Assembly (NCBI GenBank): GCA_050613775.1
Contig: JBODTK010000135.1
Location: 186,001-250,000 of the forward strand
DNA from: Neocallimastix sp. 'constans'
Taxonomy: Eukaryota
Direction: 5' to 3'
Length of the DNA: 64,000 nt
Shown: positions 1 through 14,865 of the stretch, piece by piece
Numbering within the stretch: position 1 is the stretch's first letter
Layout: the number at the start of each line of letters is the position of its first letter
Position numbers and translations under genes: made by a program
Notes under the pieces: model-generated
The model's database searches: none
What the model saw: the letters and a program-made list of their open reading frames with translations, nothing else
What the model was told of the DNA's origin: nothing

Positions 1-600
1 TATACCGCGAAAGAAATGTCTGGCCAAGTGCGTTTTGCTAAATATATAAGTGACCCAATTACACTTTTATATGTAGTAGGATCAAAAGGTTTATCATTAG
101 TAATATTGTTTAGTGTGCAAGGTGTGTTAGTTCTTTTGTTTTGAGTAATTTTAAAATTACTCAATAAATTTTCAATAAAATTTATTTGTAAAATTCGGTA
201 TTCAAATTTTATTTGTTCAATTGTAATACCAGGAAGATATATGATTGGTCCATAATTAGAAATTTTAAATTTTGATTTAATTTTATTGATTATATCGTTT
301 ATTTCAATAGTTGCTACCACTGATGATCATACCATCTACATATATACCAATTAAGCAAATTATTTTATTATCTTTTAGTTTTCTAAAAATGTACGGATCG
401 GATTTTAATTGATAGAAGCCTTGTTCTTTTATGAAGGTAGAAATTGTTTCAAACCATTGTCTTCCAGACTATTTTAAACCGTATAGAGCTTTATTTAGTT
501 TCCAAAATCCTTTTTGATAATTTTTATCTCCGGGAAGGATAGTGGTATATATGTCTTTATCAAGGTTAGCATTTAGGTAGGCAGCTTTTATGTCTAATTG
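1..600 (-). pseudogene. Degenerate Ty1/copia reverse transcriptase fragment
   Basis: Minus-strand translation QLDIKAAYLNANLDKDIY...FWKLNKALYGLK*SGRQW...IGIYVD matches copia RT; has an internal stop and frameshifts. Confidence 0.85.
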
Positions 601-1143
601 GGTTAGTTATTCTAATATAGTCGAAGCCATTGGTGATGTATCTGAATTATTATAATATTAATTAGATTAATTTTAATATATTTATATTAATTTTTTATTC
701 TGTAACTGTCCTAAATCCTAAATTTACTATATTATTTTTTAACTTTTGAATTAATTTTTATTCTTTAGTACATTAATTTATTCATTATTAATTAAAATTT
801 GTTTTTATTACTATTATTTTTTATTTTATTTAATCTTTAATAGACATTTTATATTTTTAACTATAAATTATAAAATTTTTTTTAAAATAAATATAATATA
901 TAAAAATATATTAATCTATTTAATAAAATACTTGAAGCGTATTCTTGTCTAAAATAAGAAAAATTTCAATCTGTAGTTTTATATTTTCATATTTTACTAT
1001 TTATTTTATTTTATTATTTTTTTAATTTAATTTCATTTTATTTTCATTTTATAAAAATAACGCCATAATGGATACATTTTAATTGAACAATATTGTAAAT
1101 AAAGAAAAAAAACTTGAATAAAAAAAAAAAAATAAAATGTTTT

Positions 1144-1180
<37 letters not shown>

Positions 1181-1447
1181 GTTTATTTTTTAGATTATAC
1201 TATCGATGTTTAAAATAAATAAATAGTGGAATACCTGATTTATTGTGGAATATATATAAATAATATAAAAATTAATGTTAATAATAAATTTAGTTAAAAA
1301 ATATTATTCTATTAAAAAAAATAGATTTAATGACTATTTTAAATAATATTAATTTTAATATCCATCAAAAATATGAAAATAATAACTCATTATTAAAATT
1401 CTGTTAGTCATTTTAATAAAGAAGTCATAAAATTTTTAAATTAATTA

Positions 1448-2200
1448 TGATACTGAGATTAGAGGAATAGGTAGTAGAAGATTAACACCTTTAATTTTAG
1501 CATTATTGGAAATCTCAATAAACAAAATTAGTGATGACACTATAGTAAACTATTTAATTGAAGAATGTGGTGCAGATATTAAAAAAAAAAAAAAAAAAAA
1601 AGATGAAAGTGGTTATTGCTTATAGTCCTCAAACCTCTACAATAAACATAAGGTACTTTATAAAAATATGCTAAAATAGTTGATTTAACAAAAAAAAATA
1701 GGTATTAATATTGATAAATTTGATAAAAAATATTAAAGTTCTTTATCACTCGCTTATGATAATGAAAGAGAAAATAATATACTGGAGGATCATGATGAGG
1801 TACCAATATTGGAAATTATTTACCTAAAAAAAAAAAGAATTTAATCCATACTGTTAGAAAGGGAGATACATTGAATGGTAAAAAATTTAATTAATAATAA
1901 TATTTTAGATATGGATGAAATTAACGATATCGGGTCATTATTCACTCTTTATAATGGCAATTAGATAATTAATCGTATAGACGTAGATAGTGAAAATGTT
2001 AAATCTATGGGAATATAATAATATAATATAAAATATTGGGAAAAAGTATATTGGTAAATTGACATCACTCTATGAAAAAAAAAATCGCCTCATATTTATA
2101 TGCTTTACGATATCTATATAGAAAATCTTTTACCATTGATTTAGTTTCAAAAGAAGAAAATTTATTGTTAAAGTTCTTAACATAATTGAAAGTTCGGAAT
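1448..2200 (+). pseudogene. Possible decayed ankyrin-repeat gene fragment
   Basis: LTPLILALLE...IVNYLIEECGADI (~1480-1580) resembles an ankyrin repeat; no long ORF. Confidence 0.3.
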
Positions 2201-2221
2201 TTGTTGGTTTTGATCTAATTA

Positions 2222-5200
2222 ATTTTATTATTTGATACTGGTGCAAATATTAATATAATTACCTTAGAAAGTTTTAATAAAACTGAATTAAATAACATAG
2301 TAAAAACTGACGAAACAATTACCATTGCTCTAGCTGATGGAACATTAATACCAACTCAATATTATACAACTATAAAATTAAAAATAAGTGAAAATTTAAC
2401 TATTAATGAAAAATTTTATATTATAGACTATACAAATAATTATTATGATTTAATTATAGGAAGAAGTATACAAAAGAAATATAGATTATTAATTGACCCA
2501 GATGATGATTTTATTTACAAGAAGACTGATAAAGGTTTAATTAAAGTTAGCGAAATTATTAATAGTAAACAGGACATACCTTTAATTAATTCAATTATTA
2601 TTTCAAACGAAGAAGAAAATGAATTTATGAATACTCTTAACGAAATAATTAACGAAGTACCAATTGAAATAAAGGAAGAATTTAAAATTTTAATATTAAA
2701 TAATCAAAAGTGTATGGCAACTTCTCTTTCTCAATTAACAACTGCAAATTTGCATCCTCATAATATAATAACAACTACCAATGTACCAATAAAATTAAAA
2801 CCGTACAAATTATCAAAGGAACATTCAAATATTCTTAAGGAGGAAATAATATCATTATTAAACAAAGGACTAATAGAACCTTCCCATTCACCATGGGCAT
2901 TCCCAGTATTACTTGTTCAAAAGAAAAATGGAAAATGGAGAATGTGTATTGATTATAGTAAACTGAATAATATTACAATAAAAGATTCTTATGCCTTGCC
3001 TCTCATTGACGAATTAGTAACATCAGTAAAGGGTGCAAAAATATTTTCCGCATTGGATTTATTTTCTGGTTACCACCAAATACCAATGAATAAGAAAGAT
3101 ATCGAGAAAACATCATTCACCACAAAATTTGGAAATTACAATTTTTTAGTAATGCCTTTTGGACTCACAAATGCGCCAGCGACATTCCAACGAGAAATGA
3201 ATCGGATATTGCTACCATTAATAGGTGAATGCTTATTTGTCTATATTGACGATATCGTGGTTTATTCTAAGAATTTAAAAGAGCACATAAATCACTTAAA
3301 ATTAGTATTCGATATATTCTCAAAATATAATTTATCAATAAATTTACTAAAAATTTTTTAAAGAAAAAGTCGAAGTTTTAGGACATGTACTAACAGCTGA
3401 TGGATTAAAAACTGCACCATCAAAAGTCCAAAGTATTGCCTTATGGGAAAACCCAAAGAATATTTCTCAATTAAGATCATTTCTTGGTTTGGTAAGTTAT
3501 TACAGAAAATTTATAAAAAACTTTTCTATTAGAGCTAGTCCACTATTCAAACTTTTAAAGAAAAATAATAATTACAATTGGAATAATGATTGTACCTTAG
3601 CATTTGAAGACTTAAGAAATTGTCTCTTGAAAGATCCAATACTTGCCTTTCCTGATTTCAATAGGCCATTCATTATTAGAACAGATGCTTCTATCAAAGG
3701 AATCCGGGGTGTACTCTTGCAACGGGAGGAAGATAAATTGGAACATCCAATTTATTGTGTTAGCAGATCCTTAAAGCCTGCAGAAGAAAATTACTCTATA
3801 ACCGATCTGGAAGGCTTAGCAGTTATTTATAGTTTAAAGAAATTCCGCGAATATATTGTAAGTAATAAACAAATAACAACAGTAATTACTGACCATAAAC
3901 CACTTTTAGGTTTTTTTGAAAATAGCATACCAACCAAAAATAGACATTTTAGATGGATAGAAGAATTTAATAAATATAAAATAAAATTAATATACGAAAA
4001 AGGAAAGTCTAATATATTCGCAGATGCTTTATCTAGATTACCATCAAAACAAAATGAAAGTGTTACAAATTGTATTAATGCTATTTTAAGTGATATCAAC
4101 CCAAGAGATTTAGACTTACCAGAAGGTATAAGAAAATATTTTAGCAAAAATTATCAAATAATAGATAACACTTTATATTATAAAAAAAACGATTTATATT
4201 TAAAAGTCATTTATAGAGATGAAGATAAGAAAGATATTATTGATAGAGCTCATAACGTCGGCCATGAAGGTGCTGAAAAGACTACTTTAAGAATTTTAGA
4301 ATCATACTACTGGCCTGGAATATGGAATGATGTTAGAATGTGGGTTCGATCATGCCACAAGTGTCAACTATTTAGACCCAAATCACTACCACAAAATACA
4401 GAAGATCATATTACACCAATTGAAAAACCTTTTACCAGAGTAGGACTAGATATTATCGGACCGTTACCAGCCACAAAACAAGGTAATAAATATATAATTA
4501 CTTTAGTTGATTACTTTACTAAATGGCCAGAAGCCAAAGCTATACCAGATATTAAATCAGAACAGGTAATTAAATTTTTAACAGAAGTAATAGCAAGACA
4601 TGGACCACCAGAAATAATCATAACAGATAATGGATCCTCATTCATTTCGGATATTACAAAAATGATGATCGATTTATATGGATCATGGGTATATTTTACT
4701 GCACCACACCATCCACAATCAAATGGAATGATAGAAAACAGAAATAGAGAGATTGGAAAAATATTACGATTATTAATAACGGAAGAACAGGAATGGGACG
4801 AATGTCTTCCATCAGTCTTATGGGCACTTAGAACAACAAAAAGTTCAAAAACTAAATTCAGCAGTTTTGAACTATTATATGGAAGAAGGGATACTTGGCC
4901 AATGGAAATCATGTTTCCGGATATTCACCAAGAAGAAGGAGAAACAGAAGACGAATTTAATTTTCGAAGATTTTTAAGACATTACAAATGGGTAAAAGAA
5001 GCAATAGGATATTCAGAATATGCTAATAAATATTGGGAACACAGAATAGGTTTCAATAAAGCCTTAAAGAAACAATACAAAATTGGAGACTATTTGATGA
5101 TAAGATTAATTAACAGGACAAAGTTAGACCCTTACTTTTACGGACCATTTAGGGTTGTAAAAGAACCAAAATTCAACACAGTAGTATTAGAAGACCCACA

Positions 5201-5324
5201 AACTGGAAAATTACTTGCAAGAAACGTACATATTAAAAATGTTTATCCATATACAATAAGAGAAGAAAATATTACAACTTCAAGAGACGAAGTTCAATCT
5301 GATGGTGGAGGAATTGATAAATAA
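2222..5324 (+). pseudogene. pol: Element A: 5'-truncated Ty3/gypsy pol (PR-RT-RNaseH-IN) with a frameshift
   Basis: LFDTGA protease motif at ~2228 in frame with ORF 2627-3361 (YIDD); frameshift ~3350; ORF 3489-5324 has TDAS, ADALSR, HHCC and D,D35E motifs. No gag or 5' LTR. Confidence 0.93.
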
Positions 5325-5989
5325 CCAAATTATAAATTAAGAAAAATCAATAAAATGGAATAATAACCCTCTTAATTAGTTATTGATAATTATAAAATAA
5401 TATTTTAATAAAAATAAATTAAAAGATTTAAAATTATTAAATAAATATTATTTTAATTTAAAGAACAATGTATTTTATATTAAATTATTCTTTTATTTTA
5501 CTTTAACGATTTTAAATTAAATCTCAGTTTAAATTGATATTAATATTAATTAAAAAGAAACTTATTAATAATAACAAAATTGTTTATTTTATCTTAAAAG
5601 TGTTTACTTAAAATAATTATATAGTTTTATTTTAAATAATTTAAACTTAAAAGAAAAATATAAAAACATGTAAATATTTCTTTAAAAATAAAAAAATCAG
5701 AATTCAAGAATTAAAAATTTAAAATTTAAGTTTTAATAAATTATTTTCTTTTATTCTCATTTATTTTAAATACTTTTTATTAAGAATATAAATATTCAAA
5801 ATAATAAAAAGTACAATTTTATATTGATAAATAAAGTTTTATTATAAAAAAAAAACAAATATTCTTTTCTTATTTTAAACTGTAGTGTTTTAATTAACAT
5901 TTTTGTGTTAATAACTACCCTTTTAATTGACAAATTATTATCACTTTTAGAAGTAAATTCTAAATTAAGATAATAATCAACATTTGTCA
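5315..5989 (+). repeat. Probable 3' LTR of element A
   Basis: Starts TGATA directly after purine tract GGTGGAGGAA; right boundary uncertain because there is no second copy. Confidence 0.55.
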
Positions 5990-7731
5990 ATGTAACAGAT
6001 ACATGGTAACCTCGAGCCTATCCAATGATAGTTCTTTGGTTATGTAACGTATCTCTAAACAGCTAGCAATTTCGGCTAATCAAATAAAATCTTTTATTAC
6101 TTTCGTACATTAAATTTTATTATTTTATAAATAATTATATAGTTAAATATTTATTTAAATATATTTTATTTAGTGATTAGTAAACTAAGTTAAATTATTT
6201 ACCAATCATAATATTATTGACATGTATAAATAATAATTGAACTTGTAACTGTAACGCACTAGCGTTACTATTAACGTAAATTGTTATTATAAATATTAAT
6301 ATTGATAAATAAAAATATAATTATTAAATAAAAATATTACTCAGTGTAAGCCCAGTAACTAATAACAAATAGAGTTATAAAGTACTGCGCTATACTCTAG
6401 TGTAAAAAGAAATAAAAATTATAGAATTAATTAATTTAGTGTTTATTATTAACAACTCGAATAGAGAGGTGTTAAGTTATCTTAGCCTTTAGATTTAATT
6501 ATTATTCGTTATTTTAGTTAATAATAAACGTACCTTTTACAAATAATAGTGATACGGTATTTACCCAAATACCTTAAATTATAATAATTTTAATATTTCT
6601 CCATATAAATATGTTTTAAATCTATTTTATTAATTAATTATTATCTTTATTAACTTTATCAATATTTCCTTTATTATTATATAAATATATATATTATTAA
6701 TTATTAATATTTTGCTATAAAATAAATATTTTATTATATTCTTATTATATTTTTATTATACATTTGATAAATTTTATTTTATATTATAAATTTTTTATTA
6801 TTTTTATTATTAATATTCATATCTAAAATTTTATTATTATTTTATTGTTACACAAAATTATTTTTAACTAATCAATGTATTACCAAAATTTATAAAATAT
6901 TTTGTAATAATATTATTTTAAATCTCTCTCTTTTCTTTTTTTTATGTAATGGAGGAATAAATAAATAAATGAACAAATAAATAAATGGATGAATAATATA
7001 TAGTTAAATAAATTTTTAAATAAATAAATTAATAAATAATCAATAAATAAATAAATAAATATTGTATAAGTTTTTCGTAATTTTTATACGTCCACTATCT
7101 ATTTACCAATATATTATTATACATCCATCAATTTCAAAAGTCCTGTACCAATAGTATCATTAGCAGTAAATATAGATTTTCCCCATATTTATTGTAATAA
7201 GTAATAATCTATAAAAATCAAAGCATGAATATTATTAAAAATGTGTCATAAACAAATACTGATATCAGTTAAATATAAAGCTGAAAATATAAAACACTAA
7301 AGTCAGCTAAATATAAAGCTGAAACTAGATACAATATACATATAAAAATATGAATAAATATGTGTTTATAAATGAAGAAATTAAAAATGTATTATTTAAA
7401 GAAACAAATAATAAAAATATTTATGAAAGAGTATTAATGAAAGTTAGGTATATAATATAAAACAATACACCAAGAAAATAAAATGGTGTATTTCAACCTG
7501 AAACATATAATAAATAATACAATAATAAAAAAGGGGATATCTATATTTACTGAATAATATAAATCATAACTTATAATCAACATTATAAAAACACCATTAA
7601 TAATTAATGATTGACTCTTACGAATAAACTGTTAAAATGGTTAGATTATAGATAAAATTTTTTGGGGATTCATCAATTTTACGAATAACCATAAAAATTT
7701 TAAAACTATAAATAATATAAAATTACTTTAC

Positions 7732-8375
7732 TGTAACGGAGGTGCTTCTATTGTAAAGGCGGGATGAGATATAGAAACACAGAAAGGAGAAAACTCAATA
7801 GGTTTACACTATCTGTATAAATAATTCGTTTTATTAGAAATATTTTTTATTAATTATAAAATTTAAAATAATTATTAATATTAATCAACAAGGTAATATT
7901 TCGAATTACTTATACGTTAATTATTATTAATAAAAGCACGAAGAAAAATATTTTCATTCGTGAAGTTCGCACTATTTATACTTTTAACGGAAAAACAGTT
8001 TTAACATGTAAAAATAATTTTAAAGAAATATTTAGAAATATGTTTGTAATAATTAATAATGTAAAGTTTCTAGAATATAGATTTTAATTGATGAAAATGA
8101 ATCTTATCAAAAAAGAATAAAATAATTTATATAATAAGAATTTCTAAATTCATTTCGGTTGAATTACGAACTGAAAGAATCTTTAACTTTCTATAATTTT
8201 ATACAGAAAGAATATTCAAGAAGATATTATTAATAATTAATAAAATAATTAATAAAATAATTATTTATGCAAAATGGGTTGAGGTGTGAGTCGAACCCAT
8301 GAAGTATTGGTCATGGTCAATGTAACTAACCATTGAACCAAAGTTCTAATTTTACTAACTGAAGATTTCGTTACA
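7732..8375 (-). mobile_element. Solo LTR, family X, carrying a tRNA-type A/B box
   Basis: TGTAAC...GTTACA termini, 5-bp TSD TTTAC on both sides; near-identical reverse-complement copy at 47568-48198. Confidence 0.95.
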
Positions 8376-8737
8376 TTTACACTAAAATAAATTTAAATTT
8401 ACATCAAAATCGAAATAAATTAAATTAAAATTAAGTTAAAATTAAAATTAAATTATAAACATTTTTTTTTTGCAACTTACTAAAACTAAATATAAAAATA
8501 ATTTAAACAACCTAAAAATAAAAAATAAATCCATGTTCAAAAATATTATTACTTAAAATTTACAATTTTTTAAAAAAAATAGGAAATTATTATATTATTA
8601 CAATTCATTAATAACAATATAGGAAAATTTATTGTTATAATTTTCAATTATCCTAATAACTATATAGGAAAATTTATTTTTATAACTTATAATTTTCAAT
8701 TTTCTCGCTATAAATAAATATTTTTTTATTCGCTCAA

Positions 8738-11700
8738 ATTGGATAATTGACTCTGGAGCCTCGATTCACATTACTTACCAAAAGGATCTCCTTAAGGACA
8801 TCAAACAACACCATGAAGAAATAACCTTTGCAAATGGAAATAAAGAATTATCAAATTACATTGGTAACATTGAAGTATATTAATAATAATAAAGTTATCT
8901 TGAAAGACGTACTTTACATTCAAAATTTCAAAAGAAACATAATTACAATTTCAAAACTCATCGAGCAAAAGTATAAATTTGTATTCAACATTAACAATGG
9001 AAAACCACAAACTTTAATTTATTCACCAAAGGGAAAAAGAATTTCCACAATATACAGTAATGAAAATAATAATACTTTTCAATTATGGTTATCCAATAAT
9101 CCAACAACAACAAAACAACAAAACCAAAAATTTATGATAAATAACATCCAACATCTTGATGAAGATATATACTTGTGGCATCGTAGATTCGGTCATTTCA
9201 ACATAGACAGAATCTTAAGTACATTACCAAAATTAAACTATTACGAAAAATGTAGAATATGTACAAAATCTAAATTAAGAAATAAACCATATTACCCCTC
9301 TACTAACAAAGCTAAAGATACCTTTGACCTCATTCATCTCGATCTCATAGGTCCAATTACAGAATCTCTATATGGAAATAAATATGTGTTAACTGTCCTG
9401 GATGATAATAGTAGATATAATTGGACATTTTTCTTAAAAAATAAATCAGACACTTTCGAATCATTCCGTTACTGGACTAAAATCATTAAAAACCAATTCA
9501 ATAAAACAATTAAAGTCATAAGATCTGACAATGGTACCGAATTTCTCTCAAACAGCTTTCAAAGTTTTTGTAAAGACAATGGAATAATTCATCAAACAAC
9601 TGTACCCTACAACCCGCAACAAAATGGTAGGGCCGAAAGACTGAATGGTGTTCTGATTAGTACCGCCACCTCACTTCTGGAAGATGCCAAACTGAGCAGA
9701 AGGTTTTGGGAAGACGCTATGTCTACTGCTACTGCTAGCTACCTTTATAACAGGATCCCTCATCAGTCAACAAATTATAAGGTCCCTTACGAAGTATTAT
9801 TCAAGACAAAGGTAAATTACAATAACATAAAAGTTTTTGGATCCAAAGTGATTTTCTTCTTACCAAAACAATTAAGACACAAATTCGACAACAAAGGATC
9901 CCCTGGCATTTTTATTGGATACTGTTTAGATCCATATTCCTACAAGATTTTTGATTTAAAAAACAACAAGGTAATTAAATGTAGAACAGTGGAATTTTTT
10001 GAAAACAGTCCAGCCAATTTCTACTTTAACAATGTTATTTCAGAAATACCAGATAGTAATACAAACTACGAAAATTACCCTACGACAATTACTTTTACTA
10101 ATGAACATAACCATACAATATCAGATCATAATAATAGTCAGCATACAAAGTATCACATACCTCCAATATTAAATAACTTAAATCCAACAACAAATAAAAC
10201 AAATATCACAAGTAACAACAAAGAAACATCAATAAATTATAGTTCAACAAAAAGACCATATAATGATTCTCCAATTCACATATATAAAAATTTTAGCAAT
10301 ACACGAGTAAAGAAAATGAAAATATCAGAAAAGAATCAAAATAATCCTTCAATAAGAGAACCAATCAACTACCAAGATATTTACAATCTATAGGATAAAG
10401 AAGAATGGTTCAAAGCAGTCAATGATGAACTCCAAAATATGGTCAAATTAAAAGTTTTTACACCAATTAAATACGTTCCTAAACATGCCAACATTATTTC
10501 ATCCAGGTGGGTTTTCAAACTTAAAAGAGATGCCGAAGGAAACATAATTATAAGAAAAGCAAGACTCGTCGCTCGAGGATTTACTCAACAAGAAGGTATT
10601 GATTACTTTGAGACATTTTCACCCACCCTTAAGCAAGATTCCTTACGTATTATCACAGCCCTTGCAACACAAAAGAATTTTAAAATCAAACAAATTGATG
10701 TTAATTCTGCATATCTAAATGCCAACTTAACAGAGGATATATATATGAAATCTCCCGAAGGTTATGAATCTAATAAAAACACTTTTTGGAAACTCAACAA
10801 GGCACTCTATGGATTAAAACAATCCTGGAAAGCGTAGAATGACCAACTTAACAATATACTATTGAAGATCAATTTTAAAAGATTGAAATGTGACCCATGT
10901 CTTTACAAGAAGGAAAATAAACACGGAAACATAACATGTATTCTTGCAGTATATGTCGATGATATACTTCTTACAGGAAATGAATCAGAAATTAACCAAA
11001 CAACATCTTTAATAAAAGAATATTTCGAGATTAAGGAATTAAGAGATGCAAAATTTATCATAGGTATCAAATTTGAAAGATATAATAACGGATATATTCT
11101 CCACCAAAAGAGGTATATAAATGATCTTCTAATAAAATTCAAAGATGAAAATATATATCCCACAAATAATATTAAACCCATTAATGATGAAAAACTAAGA
11201 AACATAAGTATAGACAAAACTAAATATAGAAGCGCTGTGGGCAACTTACTGTACTTAAGTATAAGTACAAGACCGGATATCATTTATGCCGTAAGCAAAG
11301 CAGCAAGAAAAACCAAAGATCCTAATTTAGAAGACTGGAAAAATATTTTAAAAATTATGGGCTACTTAAAATGTACAATAAACTATGGATTAAAATTTAA
11401 TTCAAACTCAAATATTAAAGCATATTCAGATGCAGACATGCCAGGGACAAAGACACTAGAAAATCTACGACTGGGTATATCATAACTATTGGTGACACTC
11501 CTATCAGTTGGTGCTCAAAGTTACAACACTGTGTCTCAACGTCTCCAGCAGAAGCAGAATATTACAGTTTGAGCGAATGCTCAAAACAATGTATATGGTA
11601 TTTAAACCATTTAAGGGAACTGAATATCAACACTAAAACGATTGAAATTAATGTAGACAATAAAGCTGCAATATTCATTGCAACAAATGAATTAACAAAC

Positions 11701-11877
11701 CAGAAAACCAAACACATCGATATTCGCTATCACTACGTAAGAGAATTAATAAAAGAAAATAAAATTAAACTGAGATATATAAATTCAAAGTTGAATATTG
11801 CTGATGGTCTTACTAAATACTTGAACAATTCATTAATGATAAAATTTAGGAATCAAATATTGTTTAAATTTAATTAA
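8738..11877 (+). pseudogene. pol: Ty1/copia pol (PR-IN-RT-RNaseH), disrupted
   Basis: WIIDSGAS (~8740), LWHRRFGH, RSDNGTEF, QQNGRAER, KARLVARG, YVDD, KHIDIRYH. Stops at 10391 and 10835; frameshifts ~8830 and ~11435; gag absent. Confidence 0.95.
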
Positions 11878-11934
11878 TAATTTAAAATATTTTAATTGTA
11901 CAAATCTACCTTCAAAGCTAGATTTGAGGGGGAG

Positions 11935-12093
11935 TGTCAAAGTGTAAGATTAAGCTTAAATTACATTGTACAATAAATAAAGTTTTATGTATTATAAATA
12001 TTATGTACTTATGTATTATAATAATAACATTACCAAAAAAAAAAAAAAAAAACTCTTTTATTTTTTAATAAAATAGTATTAAGTATTTTAACA
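11935..12093 (+). repeat. Probable 3' LTR of the copia element
   Basis: TGT start immediately after polypurine tract GAGGGGGAG; ends TTAACA. Confidence 0.6.
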
Positions 12094-12135
12094 CAGAAAA
12101 AGGATCACATAACTATGATAACCCAAGAGGATTCT

Positions 12136-12929
12136 TGTAATAATTTCATTATAATATTTATTATAACAAAATTATTAACTACAACCTGATACTAACATCA
12201 AGCTGAGAAAATAAGAAAACAATTAAAAAAAATAAAGAAATTTTAACTTATCTTGACAAAGAAGAGTTTATTATAAACAAATATAATAAACAACACAAAA
12301 TAAAAAGAACACTTATTGAAAATGTTGTAGATTTTATTTATTATTATTATATATTTATTTAATATTTGTTATAAAATAATAACTCTTGATTTCTCAAAAA
12401 TTTAGAGAAATCAATAGCTATTTATACGAAAAATTTAATAATGAAATTTTATATAAAATAATAGTTTAAAAGGTTTTCTAATCTTAACAATTATCGTATC
12501 TAGAAAAAGATTAGAAGAAAAAACTATATAAGTTCTTTAAGGAAAAACCAATTTATTATTATAATAAATTAGAAAAAACCTTAAAGTCCGATAAAATTAA
12601 TTTATATTTTAATAAGAAAATAAAAGACTTTAAAGTTCGAATAAGTTAATTCAAATTTTAATTAAAAATAATAATTAAATAATTAATTCATTACTATAGA
12701 AATTAATAAAATTTATAATTAATTAAACAAATTAAATAAAATAAATGTATATTAAATAAATTTAAAGAAAAAATTTTTTAATTAAATTAAAACTATAATT
12801 AAATGTACAAATACATATTAACTTGATAAATAATTACTAATTTAATGAATGAATGTATAAATTATATAATAGATAAATAATCAAATAAAGAAATTATAAT
12901 TATTTAACAAATAATTATAGTTTCTTACA
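12136..12929 (-). mobile_element. Solo LTR related to element B LTR
   Basis: TGTAA...TTACA, TSD ATTCT on both sides; shares ATAATAACTCTTGATTTCTCAAA and other blocks with B LTRs. Confidence 0.85.
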
Positions 12930-12934
12930 ATTCT

Positions 12935-13290
12935 GCAGCAGAGATGATCAAGAAAGTGGGACTAGAGAAGCTATTGTCGATAGGTGAAATAATTGATAAG
13001 TATTATGGAGACTTAACACAGGCTATACGATTGCAAGATAGAACTAGTGTCTGATGCACTACTTTATAAAGGAGTTATTTATCAAAAGAGTCCTAGAGAA
13101 GAAAAAGCATCAAAAATATACATAGATGAAAATATGGCTAAGGGTTCATTAGAAGATCAGAAGAAGTTAGGGGAGTTACGACTATGCATGGATTAAAGAA
13201 AACTGAACCGGTGGACGAATCAGAATGCTTCTCCTATCCCAAGAATTAGTGCAGTTTCTGAAGCAATGAAAGGAGCAGTGGTTTTCTCCA
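12935..13290 (+). pseudogene. Highly decayed gypsy RT remnant abutting the Rep fragment
   Basis: PIPRISAVSEAMKGAVVFSK (~13233-13292) resembles the P-LP-I..L..LKGA.IFSK RT motif. Confidence 0.45.
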
Positions 13291-13833
13291 AGTACGGCCT
13301 CAATTCCTATTGAATTAAAACATTGGATCGAAGATTTTGAAAAGTATATTGAAAGGAAATTAAAAGGAGAGATAATTTCTAGATTTAAAGGTATTTTAAT
13401 CATTGGAAAAACAAGATCTGGAAAAACAGCTTTGATGACTACTTTAGGAAAATTTACATATATCCCAAATGTATGGAACATGGATTGCTTCGGTAGTGAA
13501 GATTGGATAAACATTTTTGATGATAATGATATTATCATTGAAAAATTTAGTGAATTTACTTGGTATAAAGGTTGGTTTGGATCACAAGAAGTAATTGGAG
13601 TAACCGATAAATATCGCCCAAAGGAAGAATTGAACAATGATCGTCCAATATGTTGGTTAACAAATATACCTTTCGAAGAACAATTCAAAGACAAATTAAC
13701 ACAAAAATATATAAGAGAAAATGTTACCATTATTGATTTGAAAAATGAAAATTTAATTGAAAAAAAAGATACTAGAACTATTGATGGGTTTTCCGGTTGG
13801 GTTGAATATAACCCTAAAGAATCTTTTTACTAT
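13270..13833 (+). pseudogene. rep: CRESS-DNA-virus-like Rep, SF3 helicase part (5' HUH domain missing, interrupted by LTR X)
   Basis: Open frame IPIELKHW...ILIIGKTRSGKT (Walker A, 13405-13428)...IFDD (Walker B)...YKGWFGSQ...TDKYRPK...PICWLTN (motif C), typical of gemini/genomovirus-type Reps. Confidence 0.85.
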
Positions 13834-14865
13834 TGTAACGAAATCTTCTGTAATAGCTATACTAAAACTAAAATTAATTAATATAACTATTATCTACAAT
13901 TTTAATATTATTTTTACATAATATTAAAATTGAGAAAATAAAATTAAAAAAAAAATAAAAATTATACTTAATTTTACAGAGTTTATTATAAGTAAATATA
14001 ACAAACAATAACCAAGCAACGGCAGAATAGTAGTTGAAAATATTCTTTAAAAAAAAAACCTTTTATGATTAATAACAGTTTTTTTTTGATATATAAATAA
14101 AAAAAAATTTATTTTATTTGTTATTATTTATTATATTTTCTTAAAATAATAACTCTTGATTTCTCAAAGAGAATTCAAGAGTCCTATTTATATTTTTTAA
14201 AAAATTAATCGGTTAAATAAATTTGTTTTCTAATCTTAACAAAAAATCTATTTAGGAAAAGATTAGAAGAAAAACCTAAATAGTTTTTCGATCAATATTC
14301 TAATCATATTGATCATCGTATAATTAAAGAAAACCTATTTGTTAGGAAAAACATTAATTACCGATTTTCTAATTAATTATAAAATATTAAATATTGATAG
14401 GATAGGAATTAATGAAAAAAAAGATTTTTTTTTTTTTTTTTTTTTTTTTTCATTTAAAAAATAAAGATTAAATAATATGATAGATTAGATACATTTATAG
14501 TTTATAATACATTATAAAATACATAATTCATTTTAATTAAAATAACTAATATTTTTATGGTAAAATATTAAATACAAATTTACATAATTTTTTGTAAAAA
14601 TTCTATTTAAATGAATAATAATAATAAGTAAATAAATTTTATATTATTTATATAAATGTATAAATTATAATATGTAAATAAATTTAGATCAATGTATGAA
14701 AATATAACTATTAAATAAATTTATAAGTTAAAATCAATGAATATATTAATTATTATTTAAATAAATATTTTTTTAAAAATAATTATTATTTTATAAATAA
14801 TTATAAATTATTAATTATTTTTCATTAATTATAAGAAATATTAATTATTCATTATTGAATAATTA

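Noticed and set aside
5991..6852. Solo LTR TGTAAC...GTTACA
   Set aside because: Termini are plausible but there is no matching TSD and no second copy.
7136..7150. 15-nt match to the D LTR terminus
   Set aside because: Similarity does not extend; a remnant or chance match cannot be resolved.
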